NCBI GenBank assembly: GCA_051362555.1 | Contig: CM120645.1 | Location: 15,438,001-15,502,000 of the forward strand | Length of the DNA: 64,000 nt | Reading direction: 5' to 3' | Origin: Lingula anatina | Taxonomy: Eukaryota > Animalia > Brachiopoda | In this document: positions 37,946 through 56,390 of the stretch, one piece after another | Layout: each line of letters begins with the position of its first letter | How positions within the stretch are numbered: the first letter of the stretch is position 1 | Notes under the pieces: generated by a model | The model's input: the letters and a program-made list of their open reading frames with translations, nothing else | Told to the model about the DNA's origin: nothing | The model's database searches: none | Translations under genes and position numbers: made by a program

Positions 37946-40900
37946 TAACTTAAGTGGTTGTGGAACTAAGACCCTGGGCATACATGTTTTATTTTGCAAT
38001 TTTTTTCCAGACTGAAGGGTCACATGTATTCCGAATCAAGGATCCTGTGATTCAAACAGACAGACTAGAAGGCAAGGACGCCCCAGAATTTATCACAAAT
38101 ATGAATATGTCGATGGAAGCGTATGATAAACTAGAGAGAGACTTTTTCAGGTAATGTCTCATAATGTGAATGGAAAGCAACTTAATAAAACATGGTGAGG
38201 TTGGAGTGTATTTTAATTGGTTTTGAAGAGATCTGGTTTTTTTCATTTCGCAAATTATGCAATGAAACATGACATAACATGATTTTTTTTTTGCATTTCG
38301 ATATTTTTGCCTTAATGCTCAATGACACTAATTGATTGATTATTACTATTGCAACCATGTGTTTTCCAGATCATGTTCAATTATCCTCTATGATCCCTTT
38401 CCTCCTACTTGTCATTGAAATCGTGTCAGAATGATATCGAATGTTGATGTTCATGAAACTATTGAAGTTGAAATGCTTGGAATTTGTTTTATTTCGATAA
38501 AAAAATTCCCTCATTGTCACTAAATTTTATTAATGTTTATGACCCCATAGAAAACCCAAAATCTGCGGGGACTCCCGCTTAGTGCTAACTGAATGACACA
38601 CCTTCTCTTGTTTCCAACGTACTTGTATTATCACCAGCTTTTCTAAATTCTACTTTACGCCAGGAGGAGGCTTGTTAAGCTGTTAAACTGATTGCATTCA
38701 ACGAGAATCCCTGCAGAGTTGGGTCGATCCAAGTAGACCTATGTATGGGTCCTATTTTACCGTATCTCTTTAAGTTCTGATTAGAGGCAAATTTCAGGAC
38801 GGTGCATGATGTATTTTTGTTTTATCAATACACATTTGTTTTACACTGTTTCCGAGGAGGAATGGCGTGAAAAATAACGCTTATATTTTTCTTTCCTTTA
38901 CAAAAATATGTTCTAAGATCAGTCGATTTTAAAAATACTAAAATGATATAACTGAAATCGTCCTGTTGCCTTCAAACATATACATTTAATCGTTCCTGTC
39001 GTACCATGCTACTATAAAGGTTCGGATTATTCGCATAAGCAAAAATCAATGAAAGTCATCAATTTTTTATCATGACCAAAAACAACTGTTAGCACAGCTG
39101 ATGGTGTAAAAGACACTGCAACAGCTTGGCTTCGCGGAGGAAAGCGCAAATTCTTATTCATAATTTAGCAGAATAACTACTGCACGCTAAGGGACCATAA
39201 TGTATGCCTTTAAGATATGTGCCTGATTTCAGGCAAGTGTAGAAACCTGGCTAACTAAGGCGGCAATTCTGTTTGTATTAAATCACAGAAATAATATTGT
39301 TTGTTGCCTTTTCACCCATATTACCAATATAACGTAATTATACATTAGGTATCTGAACAATATCCAGTTTGACTGCCGCAACCGTATCCGAGCAGGTGGA
39401 GATCCCGAGGGCGGCTGGGAGGTCTGCTTAGATCCACCTTACGACATGAAGAAAGATGCCTGTCTAGTGTATTCATTTGGGTCAGTATTTCTTTTGGGTT
39501 TTGATAATACAAAAAAGTGTTATGGCTATATGCATATGAAAAACCATAGAAACATGAACGGTAATTTTATATAATTTATATGAGTGATTCCACTAAGCAG
39601 TAATTTAAACCCATGTTTTGTGTTGTATATTTTATTGACTGCAAGAATTCAAGAGAGCGCAAAACGATTCGTCCCAGTATTGAGTGTCACTGGGATGAAA
39701 CAAAAGCTATTCAGTAAAAACAACCAACGCATGGCACCTGTATTATCATAGGAAATGTTTAAATATCGTATGCATAATAAAATGATCATTTTTAGAGTAA
39801 GATTCAAAGATAAGTGACTTTTAATTCACAATTATTCAGTTAAATTTCATCCACCTTGTATAATGAGAGCCGCAGGATGAGAGGCGAAATTTCACTCCGA
39901 ATCTTGCCATGCTCACACTTGGCATGTACGGTCGTTAACCACGCTTGTTTGACATTTGCAGGATAGCCAGAGATTGGACGTTTGATGACTACATGGGGGA
40001 TGTTTTCCATTGTGAAGTTCATTCCTTTGATCCAAGGTTTGTCTACATACAAAACAATTACATTTATAGTACAGAATTATCTCGGTGAATACATTCTTGC
40101 AAAAATTAATAAAACATTTAAAAATTAGTATATTTATTTTCCTCCAAAACTACACCAAAACGATCCACACAACCATCCAAATGCCTGGCTTATACAATCA
40201 GTACGAAACAATCTCCAGGTGACGCCAATGAAAAAAATTTTCTTGGTGAATGCTCAAAAGAGACACTGTGTAACAAATCTGAGCAGAACAAAAGGTCTGG
40301 AAAACTTGAAGAAAGTACAGTGAAAATGAAACCAAATTCAGCCATATAAAAATGGCCATGAGAATTTATCCAAAATTGTTGGTCATCATTTTATTCTTTT
40401 AAATCTTTTTAACTGCCTTAATTTTATCTTCGGCGTTCAGTTTTTATGAGGGACCCTTGACTTACATTTTCAGTATAGGAGAAAAGGATCATAAACGTAG
40501 TAAGTACGTAAATTTCCACAATCTGGGAATCTTCGGGCGGAACAGTGTGATTACTAAAAAGAAAGTGCCATGGACTGTGAAAACACTGGGTTCAATAATG
40601 AACAAGCTGGGCCATCGCGAGGTAAGGACATGTAGTAGAATTCAAAGGCGCCTTTACTTACAAGATAGACCCGTCCTTTTCACGGCCTTTTTCTGCGGAC
40701 CGTATCTTTAGGCTCATTGGGCACAAAAGAATGTCCTTACTTCCAGGCGCTAAAATTCTTGAAATATCTTTTTATACTTTGATATGTTCAGCGAAAATTG
40801 TTGTCAGTTGGCGAACAGTTTTTGAAACGTTCGGTCCTGAATTTTGGTCAAATTTCAGTGTACCAAAATTAGGAGCCTTAGGCCTACGTTTCAGAAAACA

Positions 40901-41518
40901 CCTCTATCCCTTTTTCTTTATCAAACTCTTAGTGGTCTATGTTCTATTTTCGAACTCATTTTGGTCTTATTGTGTATACTTTACTTTTTAAAAATATTTC
41001 ATTTTGTAAATTTTAATCTAATTTATTTTCTGTACAACTTCAACCTTTTGGTTGCTATGTTATAATAAACTTACTATATCATTATTAACCCAAACAATTG
41101 CATAGGCCTCGGCATATTCGGTTGATTTATGTAAATCTATCATAAACTTTTGTTTTGTTTTGGCACAGGAAATTAGTTTCTGTTGTTTTCAATCGAGCAA
41201 CGTTTCATTGTTCTTCAGAAAACGTTAGACTACTTGAAGATTGATGTTGAAAGTCACGAGTGGATGTCCTTACAGACGGCCATAGCGGAAGGAGCTTTGA
41301 GACACGTCAAACAATTAGGAATGGAGTTCCACAGTGCGGAACACAACCTCCTACAACCTATGCGTATAAGTATATGGCGGGGGTTGTATCGGCTAGGGTT
41401 TAGAATCTATTTTACGAGTTGGAACCACAATTGCAGAAGGACATCCATCGCAACCGGTAGAACAATTTTTACGTGCCAGGAGGTACATTTCGTCAATATT
41501 AATTTTATGCAAGAGTAA
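37630..41518 (+). CDS. METTL24-like (Methyltransf_22/FkbM-like) methyltransferase with N-terminal signal anchor, ~315 aa, 6 exons
   Basis: Exons 37630-37782, 38011-38150, 39349-39480, 39962-40036, 40474-40621 and 41219-41518 (948 nt, in frame). Motifs GGWEVCLD, CLVYSFGIARDWTFDD, CEVHSFDP, LGH, DYLKIDVESHEW and VKQLGMEFH. Confidence 0.9.
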
Positions 41519-41900
41519 TATGTTTGATATTAAGGGATTATCGCGCGGGAGTATTGCTTTATAATTTACGGAGGCACGAAAATAATGTAATGTGTATTTT
41601 AGTAAATACACGCATTAACTTGATATTGAATTAGATTAATCAATGTTTTTTCACAGAGATCGCTTTATTTTGATGTCCATTATCGCCTCCTTTGACTTTT
41701 GCCAGGTGGTTGTACATACTTGTTGAACAGCATCATATGAAAGATTTCGAGCGGAGGGAATATAAAAAGATATTATTACGAGTTTTTGTTTTCCTACAGC
41801 CTATCATTTTCTTTGCCAATTTGTTTAATTTTCAGCGAAAACTACCGGCAGTAGTGGATGTTTCTTCCCATATTTAACATATTCAATGCGGAAGAAAAGA

Positions 41901-41945
<45 letters not shown>

Positions 41946-42591
41946 GGTGGCAAAACAGATACCCTCCTTTGTATCATTATTTTCTAAACATTTACTGTAT
42001 GTTCATTTTCTGTCAACGTAAGCTGCATGATTTTTATTACATAATTAATCACAGCAATAACACGTTCCTCGTTTGAACATGCAAAAGGAGAGTTCCTGAG
42101 TCTGCTCCCTACATGGACATTTTATAAAAAACCATGACTTATCTAACGTTTCTATACTGTGGTAGTGACAGATGTTTACCATATACATTAAAATACTTCA
42201 TCAAAAGACAGCGTGGGGCTATGACGGACGTACAAAATACATGGTAAAGAGAAATATTTAGATTATTATTACAGTTCTGGATCGGTCGCTGGAGAAAAGG
42301 AAAAGATAGTAGGCCCTATTAGTTATTGTGTAGATTTAGATGACACATCCCATATTGAAGATATGAAGAACACAACATTAGTAAACTAAAGCACAAGGGT
42401 ATAACAAATACTAAACGTACGTCTTTACACGGAATACTGTATGCGTCCCACTGCCAATGCTATAGTCGAGTTGCCAAAACCCTAATCCCGCAATGTGTTT
42501 TCCTGTATTATTATTTATTTTATAAAAACTCGGGCCAGTGGGAGTGGCATCTCGACTAATGCATATAGACACCAACACTATCAAACAATAC

Positions 42592-46574
<3,983 letters not shown>

Positions 46575-46993
46575 TTATAATAGGTTAAGGTAGTAGTTCT
46601 TGGTGCATGCGGTGTGCTTTTGTGTCATAGTAATCAATCCCTGTAAAACAATAATGAATGGTGACCAAACTTGCACATTTTTCCATGACTGGCATTTATT
46701 CTTGTGTAAACTTTTCTGGAAATTTTATGTGTTTGACATTGTACCCGACTAAATACAGGGGCTGCATATTTTGGGGAACACTAGTGGTACCAGTCTGACG
46801 AAAAGAGAGACGCCGCACATGAATATTTGAAATTTAAATTCAATTTAGTATATGAATTTAAGAACAGTTTTATACATGTAAGTTTCTATATCCACGAGGT
46901 ATTATAATGAAAAGACCGAAAACAGAATGGTTTATTTAGTTTTCATGGCATTTTTCATTTACCCTTACATACAGAGAAATGCTTGGTTTTTGC

Positions 46994-47024
<31 letters not shown>

Positions 47025-48511
47025 GTAATAATAATAATAATAAAAACAGATAAGAGAGGCCGCACATGAAAATTTTAATTGCAAGTATACATTGTTAAAT
47101 GTTTAAATTTTAGAATTTTATGTCCTGGATAAAGTTTTTAGATGACCGAAGACCTAATTTTCATCACTCATTACATTTAGCCTTATTTTTGCATTAATTG
47201 GTATGGTTTTGGCAAAATAAGATAAATGAGTACAATGAATAAAATAGACAAAAAGAAAGATACTTTATCAATTTAAGTTACAGCGGGGAGCAGCTTTCGC
47301 ATTTACAACGGGAGATAAAAATGCGGAAAATATACATATCTAACAGAAAATGAAGCCAAGTGAAGAAAAGGCTGTATTAAATAAAAAAGAATCTTCAGGT
47401 TTGGCAGTTGAGATAATGTTGGTTGGTGGGTAAATTCTATGCATGAAAACCGAGAGAAATTAGTTATTTATATCTGTCATCACCGAATGCACACCATCAC
47501 CCCCCTTTCTTTAACGGTTAGACGAAAATACAACTGTCTGAAGAAAGTCATACTTTTAAGCAACTAATACTTTTTTCTCCATTTTATTTACCGATTTACA
47601 CATACACATTTAACGTGTCACTTTTTCGGCATATAAAAAAGCGATTTTTACTAATATTGGTGACAATTTAGGTACGTTAACTAAGACTGATATCGGTTTG
47701 TTGGACGTTTTAGGCCAATGTCGCTGAGTCAGCATCCCATTTAAACAGTCAAAAAAAAAAATAAAAAAATAAATAAATAAATAAATAAAATATCGATCAT
47801 TTGTTGTAAAATATTCAATCGTTTGTAAAAGCAGACGGTTGTTAGACGAGTAGAAACAGAATGGCACTATATATACATGCTATGCTTGCCGCTTTGCACA
47901 ATGAGTTACACTCGTGATGTGTGATAAATTAAAGTCTACACGTGCACTAATTTTAATTTCAAAATACAACAGTTGAAATTCGCTGACAGCACTGTTACTA
48001 CGTTTATGCATAAGACATACTGTCACAGCTGGTGGAAATCACGTGAGGCACCAACAGGAAACATCTATTTACTATTTTTTTATTCGTGAAAGGGGGAGGG
48101 GTGGTGGTATTTGAGAGATGTCAGAAACAATCGACTTCATATCAACGAAATCAACGCGATTCATACTGGTAAAATTGCCTTAAAGGAAGCCAATATAACT
48201 TCATAATTATTTACCTATTTATTTGTTTGTTTGTTTATGCCCCAATTAATATTATGAGAATAATATCAAATAAAATAATTTTTAAAAAATCAGTAGCTGG
48301 GTGACACTTTTCAAATCCAAGTACCATACTAATTCTTCGCCTTTTTGAAAGCAAAGTGAAACCAATCCTGCTGGCCTTGGAAAGGCAATCTACTGACTTG
48401 GAAAAATGTCAACTAGGCCAAAGGTTGACATACTTTGATGTAAGATTGCGATAACACCAGCACTTGTACTATGCGTAGTCAGTATTTTGAATACCCGGTG
48501 AGAGAAGAAGA

Positions 48512-48550
<39 letters not shown>

Positions 48551-51376
48551 GAGGGGGGGGGGTAAAGTAATTTACAAAGGATTGATGGTCACGGAAATTC
48601 TGGTAAAACCGGCGAAACATTGGCTTTCAATCTCTGTGTCCGACAACTAAAGAGAAATCAAGAAAAGATCACTAGCTGAAAGCGATACACCACAGAAGTC
48701 ACAGTGTACATAAAACAGCATTTTAGTTTGTTAAATTTATAAAAAATATTTCCCAAAAAGTCTTCCATGTCACATAGTAGACGTCAGATTCCTATGAGAT
48801 CTACGGCCAAGTTTACTCGTCCCACACCGTTAGCCAATACTTCTCATAAAAACCGACATCGAAAATTCATAACGTCAATCAATCAGTAATAAATTGCCAA
48901 CTAATACTATACAAGACTACTCATCTCAACAGCACTTCAACAAGTTCCTTTTCTCGTGAGCATCTTACCTTTTGCTATATGGCGCTATCTTCCACAGTTT
49001 AATCTTCCACCTTATTCAGGTATGCCGTAGTATGATTTTGCACGCTTCTCTGTGTGAGGATTCGATAACGTTATTTACTTTCAAACGCCTCGAGGTCAGG
49101 CAGCTCCAATATTTTGTTTTTAAAACTATCAGTGTGTTATTATATTGCCTATGAGCATATATTTACTTATTTGTCTCGTTGCTTAAAATAGAGCGCCTTT
49201 TTATATAAAGAGGAAGGTAAAAAAAGGAGTGTTATTCAAGCGCTGCACCAAAACCTGTCTGTCCCATATTTCTTAGAACGTGCCAATGATCAGCGTTTCA
49301 TTGAACAATGAAATTTCAATGGGATTTTTGCGCTTACGCAATATTAGCGCTTCTGGTGTTTTCCGTTACACCGACGAGCTGACTGCAACATATATCTAAT
49401 ATGACTCATACAGCTACTTACTCAACTTGTAGCCCTACCTTCCTCATGGCAAAATAGATTACCTGAACTAACTTGCGTCATCTTCAATCATTATTGCTTC
49501 CTGTCCTAGCCAGAGAGTCTGCCTCAGGCCTTGGACGAATAAAACGTTTTCTTCTTCCAAGATCAGACTGTATGCTGAACTCTGACCTCTCTATCTCTCT
49601 TTCTCTCCCTAAAGAGGAATCTATCGTCCTGATATTGCATACACGTACTATTTTTCTAATGAAAAAATGAAAAACAGGAATAAAAATAAAGAAAAAAAAA
49701 GGAAAAAGAAAATGAGGAAAAAATGATCAATCATATACTAATTTCTTTTGCAATGGAAAACGGGCTGTCTATTTTGAATTTTTTTATTAATAGAAAGAAG
49801 CAACGTAGTTAAAAATGCAATGTGAAACAAAAGAGAAACAGGTTTCCATATGCTCTACATTTTCGCAAGCCGGGGGGGTGGGGGGTGGGAACAACACTGC
49901 CGTGCATTGAGTACAGATGAGCGAGGTATGCTTCCGTAATTAAATGGAAACAAACCGAGACAGTCGTCGCCGTCGTCAGCACTGCGTAATATGTCATACT
50001 AGATTATATAAAAAGTGGGCTAACTACCCTCTACCAGGGCTGCAGATTAATTATGTGCACTTTTTTCACAGTGGAGAAATGTGCCATGCATAAGCTTGAT
50101 ACATATATCTTTGAATATCTAGTGAAAAATCCATTTGTGGCCCTGGCATAGGGCTGGGGCTAACCTTCTAGCATAAGGTGTGAAATAGCGCATGTTGTTG
50201 TGGGGACTTACCAGGACGTGTAAAAATAGATAAATGAATATCCAAGATATATTCAAGAGGATCCTGTTTATCTTGAATCATAAGAGACAATAAGGACGTA
50301 TCGTTATGATGAAAACCGCATGACTGCACCTCAGCTTAAGTCAGGCCATCGCAAAACACTCAGTCACACAAGTTAATTAATAATTAAGATATTGTCACGT
50401 TCTTTTTTTAAATTAGAACGGGTATCGCATATAAGACGTTTGAGGAACTACTGTATTCCATTCCCGTTTCGATCCGGTACCGTTGAGATGTTATCCGTTT
50501 TTTGCAGGCCTTCAGATAGTTTCTACCGATGTGTTTAGTTTAACTTTTTGCATTATTTTTCAGTTAAGCTGGGGTCCCCGCAGAGTTGGGTCGACCCACA
50601 TAGACCGATGTTGTCTATGGGAATGGGGCCTAACTGCATGCAGTGCTCGTATGTTAATTCCCAAAGTGAAACGAGATTTTAACAATGGATCAAGTGTGCT
50701 TAAGATTAGAATAAAAGCCCCACATTATGTTCGTCCACTGATTATCAACCAGGGGTGGGTAAATTCCGGTAGATATGAGTTCTGTCATTAATTAGCACTA
50801 TCTGAATGTTTAAAGAGGTGCAAGAGTGCTAGGCACGAGTGGAAGTCACAGGTATCTTGTTGATGAGTTACATCTATATATCTAAGCGCATGCAATGTCT
50901 AGTATGACGTGAAACATTTATAAAAACAAATGCCAAATGATATGATATGCTCAGAAGGCCGTGAGCCTTTCTCTTAGAAATGAATGTACAACAAGTACCA
51001 TCTTTTCCCATCCCCAAAAAAGTAAACCGGGCGATAAGAAAAATTTTCATCCTTTCACTATGTGTCGGATATATAAAAGAAAAATTGGCCTTGTATATTT
51101 TTTTAGATTTGCCGAATGAAGTAAGGATGTTTTTTATCTTTGCGCGCCCTCTCCCACTTTAGCAAAAACTTGGATCTGCCAATTTTCATTAACCAGGGGT
51201 TATAGGGTTTATTTTTAATAAAGTTTTTTTTTTATATCAAACAGTTCAATTTAATCACCAGTATGTCTTTCACGACAAAGTTATTATTGATAGGGTTCTT
51301 TGTTGGCCTTTTATACAAGGATCTATTTAACCAAATTGTTAGCCATATGGCATGACATGAGTGAAGCGGTGCTATC

Positions 51377-51450
51377 GGCTCTATGGCTTAGTTGGTTAAA
51401 GCGCCTGTCTAGTAAACAGGAGATCCTGGGTTCGAATCCCAGTAGGGCCT
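51377..51450 (+). tRNA. tRNA-Thr (anticodon AGT)
   Basis: GGCTCTA/TAGGGCC acceptor stem, D-arm with A box, anticodon arm CCTGT-CTAGTAA-ACAGG, T loop GTTCGAATC, and an immediate T-run Pol III terminator. Confidence 0.96.
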
Positions 51451-52562
51451 TTTTGATCAGTAGTTCTTTTAGGTACACTTTACCTGGTTATCATGTCAGA
51501 GAGAGAGAGAGAGAGAAAGAAAGAAGGTAAGAGAGATCGTTGATTAATATGTTTGGCCGATTAGTATTTCAACATTTCAAAAATTTCCCGAAGGCAAGAT
51601 TTTTGTCTCATTAATGTCTACTATATGTTTGAAAATGTCCAAAAGTCATTTGTATGTCTACATATCCTGCAAAGCTAGTTTCTGATCTTTTCCAATTCAG
51701 ATCTTAAAACAATAAAACCCCAGTAAAAGTACCCGACGCCAATAATTCCAAAAAAATCCATAATTCTAAAATGAATAGGAAGACATGGCGTTCCAAGCTA
51801 AAACGATTGGCAGGTCATATCTCATTCAGAACTAAATCATTCAAATAAAAATGGAATAAAATATCGACTCCAAGTACAGGGACGGCTAGAGCAATGATTC
51901 GCAAGCAGGAAAAAAATTGCTTTGGTGGAAAATCCTGTACAGAGTACCTTTTTAAAATATCTAAAAGTTAAGACCTACGTACACTGTAAGCTCTTTTGAG
52001 AGATATTTTGTGGAGCCTACCCGCCATGTGGACAGAAATAGAAGAGGTTTAATAGAACAACAGGTATATAATAAGAAATCTTGTTAAATACTCGTTAATA
52101 AATTACTGACATGGTTAATGTCAGTTCTTAGAATTGCCGTGCAATGTATATTCAGGCAGGCTTTATTTTGGGGATTAAGGCGCCAAAGAAACTGCTTTCC
52201 TTGCCCGTTCAGCCAATATCACCAGTCTAGAGTCATTATATCCCTGATATTAACATGTAATTCCGTTTCAGCTTCATAGTGTGGTCATTTAGCGAGCGTT
52301 GGATTTTTTTAGATATGACGGCCCCTTTCAATTGAGGTCGTGGTCACTATGAATGATGATTTGATTTGTTCAGCTACATGGGTAATGGGCCTATGTAAAA
52401 TATACGTCAGAAATTGTATAAGTGAAACAATGATGGCAATAATAAAAATCATCAAGTTTGAGATGTGAGAATAAAACGATAAACACCATAGTGTATTAAA
52501 AAGATAATTAGAACTAAAATTGAGAGTTAAAACGAGAAAAGGTTAAAGGGTAAAAACTCTTT

Positions 52563-52565
<3 letters not shown>

Positions 52566-52603
<38 letters not shown>
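52566..52603. repeat. Poly(A) tract
   Basis: Homopolymer of about 37 A. Confidence 0.9.
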
Positions 52604-52605
<2 letters not shown>

Positions 52606-54260
52606 TACTGCCTTTTAAAGTTAAAACTCTTTTGTTACAAACTAAGTAACACTGACGCGGATATTTGCCAGGGTTTTATTTCAAAATGTGAATGTTTTTC
52701 AGAATGTGAGGCTTTCATCACCAGACAATTTACAAGCTCTTTTGCTTTATACGTTTTACTTATAGGGTACTGCTTTTTGCATTTTGAGAGTCTTTCCTAA
52801 ATCGAAAATGATTTTCAGGAATCTACTACTGGTATTCTATTTTTAACAATGCACTGAAAGTGTCATCAAGCAGCAAAATACTATGCAACGAGCATCTTCA
52901 GTTTTGTTAGAAACTATACAAAGGCCTACTTTGACAGTGTTCACCGCGCAAAATTTTATAAGGAAAGTTTGAATTTATATGCGGCTCAAAATCGGGCACA
53001 CATTTCAACTATCCTTTTGATATTGCAATCTAATACTTTCCATATTCTGGGTTTCAGGCGTATTTCAATCAGAGAATGTCCAAAAAACAACAAAAGTCAA
53101 AAATGTATGTTCTCTCTTAGCTTGTCAAATTAATCCCTCTTGGTTGCTTAGAATCAAATAAAGACAGAGGTCTGTGCCTATAGCTATGCAAGATAACATT
53201 TAAACAGCTTCAAAATGGTTCAAACTAAAGGAGTTCATCATCATATCGATAAACTAAAAAATTAAAAATAAAATTAAAAGGTTAACGTATGCAGACACAA
53301 CTAGAGCAAAATTACATGTAAATGTCATCGACACATCCCTTCTACGTACATTGCAACTGTGGCATGAGGTTTGTCACACCTGTCACATTCAGTGTTCATC
53401 ATATGGCAAAATCAACACTAGCCTAAGATTGTGTAGAAACGAGGCTGTGATGCGGTGAATAAACTGTCAGAGGAAGTGAATCATACGCATGCTCAAACGA
53501 ATGCTAAAAGGGAGCTCGAACTTTCTTGGCTCAAAATGAGCTCCAAAATCCCAAGAAAGGGTAAGTGTTTTCTGAATTTTTAATATAATGTCATTGGAAT
53601 TCTGCTCTCTCTCAAAATCTATCATATATTGTTCCTTTTCTTCACAGTTTTGGCCAAACAAGGTCGAAAGAAGAGGGGGAAACCGAAGTCGAGGTACAAC
53701 AAGCCAGACGACAAACGGTACGTTGAAAATCTGATCGCCTGTTTGTTTTTCCTGTTGAAATTGTAGTAAAGTGGGATGATTCATCGCAGTTTGTCACAGT
53801 GCAAAGACGAACAAAAGAATATGTGTTTATCAGAGATGCCACCATCCTCAGCATTGCTTAGCTTCCACAGTCACAGTGAGGGCATATCACCGTTGCACTA
53901 GTGAAACGCTGTCGCTAGTGATCGATAACGACGAAGAATACAAAGTCATTATAATAATGACTTACATAGCTGATTAAGTTTCAGTTGTTTGTATCTTTGT
54001 ATTTGGTCCTGTTTTGAATAATTATGTCCATTTGACATTGTTGTGATCATTTAATTCTTCACTAGGTCAGCAGAAATTTGTTCTTGACATGTCATGTTTT
54101 GTTTCTATGAAATCACTGACTGAGTGAGACCACAAAGTTTTCTAGGGTTCATGCATACAAGTTGGATTTCTTTGCCATATCAGTATATTTCTGCTTCATC
54201 CTTAAGACCTTTACTGGTTCAAATAGTCAGTAACATGTACAGATTTATAAAAACTTAACA

Positions 54261-56390
54261 CAGTCATTCTTTGCTAGTGGTGCACTGCAGGGGGGCCATA
54301 ACAAGAATGTTATTTAAATTTAGATAGCCAACCAAATTCTCATGACATCGTTGTGTATGTTTCAATAACAAATCAAAGAAGCTGCATGAGCAAGGAGGAT
54401 GTTGTTATAAAAGCAAAAAAATAGAAAAAGCAGAAAATATATCGAAATAACCCTCAAAATGGCGTCCTTTTTTGTGGAATTTTGACCCTACCTCTATTTA
54501 AGAACAGTTTGTTTAGGGTTTGAATGGATTATTGAAGCAGGAAATACATCTACTGCAAGAAGATATAATAAACAGAATGTGCAAATTGTTATTTAAATAA
54601 AAATTTATTTGAAGTCACTGAAAAATGATCACAAAATTAGCTTAACTTACGATACATGCGGTGTCCCACCCCGATGAAAATTTCATCTAATCCTATCTTT
54701 CCGTATTAAAACTGTTCAATCGTCCAAAGTAGTATGTCGGTTAGTTTGTGTCACGAAGTCCATGATAATATCAGTTTTCTTAAGAATTTCACATTTATTG
54801 CTCAGCAAGGTCGATTTTTCTTCACCGCGTCCCAATATAACGTTCGCAACGCTGAAACTTCAGAGATCGATTTTTATCAGACGACTTTAAAATGCCGCGT
54901 GAAAATTATACATCGATAGCGATCTTCTTCCATACTCACTAACTGATGACGTCTTACACACGAATGGCTTCTTTTGCACACTAAAAAAACCAGCTCAAAC
55001 TGGCGGGTGGCCCATTCTGATAACATATCACGCAATGACGCTGTCGAGATAGGATGCAGGGCACAGGTGTAATTCCCTCGATTTAACCGTCACAGGATTG
55101 TTTATTGGGATCTTCTTTGTATGAAGGTGAGAAATAATGAGTTTCGTTTCATTTTTCTTCAATTGTTTCAACATATTTGTGTACCGATTGATTTTTACCA
55201 TTCTATAAGTAGGGTGACTTCGTCTGAACTTTCGTTTTGCATCTGTTTCACATGGGGGACTAAAGGTCATATTGAACATGGTGACGCGGTGATACCGTAT
55301 TCATGTTCTCTTGTTCTCGAAAACTCAATCATCGAAATTGAATTACTTTTTTTAGTTTTGTCTTAAATTAAGCTGCTACACTGTATTCCGTGCGTTTAAA
55401 ATTTAACCGTCTGTAAAAACAGCAATAATGGATTACTAGCAACACTTACGTTACGCAATGAAGCACCGAAAATGGGTGAAGAAAATGTGTCTCAGTAATG
55501 CGTGTTTGCCACTCATAATGCACTGTACTTTGTTTGAATAAGCAATAAACTATTTGTGATCTTAGGTTATCCATTGTTCGTTATCAGAGTTAACAGATTC
55601 TTTGTGTGAATTTTTTTCAGAATCCCAAGAGTGGATGCCTTAGTGAGCACAGAACAGATATCACCATTGGTCTACATATGTCAGGAAGAATGTTATAATT
55701 ATGAACTTTGTGTTACACTGAACTTCATTTTGTTAAATTTTGTATTTAACTGAACTTTATTGTGTTAAAATAATAATAAAAAAATAATAGTTCTGATAAA
55801 AAACTACAATCTGGAACATTCTTTAGATCAACTTTGTTCAGTGTGTGTCCCATATGACAGAGTTACAGTAAATAAAATATGTGCATTATTCCTCTGTGTT
55901 TGTCAATTCCATTTTAAAAGCATGTGAAAGTGGTGTGCCCCTCATGAATGAAGTGTGTATGGATAATAGCAAAAATATTGTTATTATTTACATGATTATA
56001 AAAAGTTTTTGTACCCGCGTCAATAACGTTACCGTGACCCACATATTCACCATTTTTATTAATTATGAAATGTGGATTAAATTCTTCAAAACCAGTTTTG
56101 AAGCATTGAGACAACACCCCCTTATGATTTAAACTAAAACTGAAAACATTCCATTAGACTTTCATTAGTTTGTGCAAAATATATTACCCAGGGTAACGCG
56201 TCTTGGATTTGGTGGGTATAGCTGTTCAACTCTCCTGTGTGCCCTAAAAAGGGCAGCTGCTGTTTCCCTTTTTATGAAATGATAAACTGTGATGGTGTAG
56301 CTATCACATCGCAAAATTACAGCTTCCCAGAGAAAGTTTGAAATTTTCGGTCAAATTCAACATTTTGTAACCACTAGCAAAGAATGACAG
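54261..56390. mobile_element. 2.1-kb DNA transposon relic with 21-bp TIRs and 5-bp TSD, unclassified
   Basis: cagtcattctttgctagtggt / accactagcaaagaatgacag (1 mismatch). TAACA on both flanks (54256-54260 and 56391-56395). Confidence 0.75.

Noticed and set aside
39840-40052. Minus-strand 70-aa ORF
   Set aside because: Antisense shadow of METTL24-like exon 4 (39962-40036, plus strand).
51300-51530. 76-aa ORF
   Set aside because: Chance frame across the tRNA-Thr gene and a (GA)n run.
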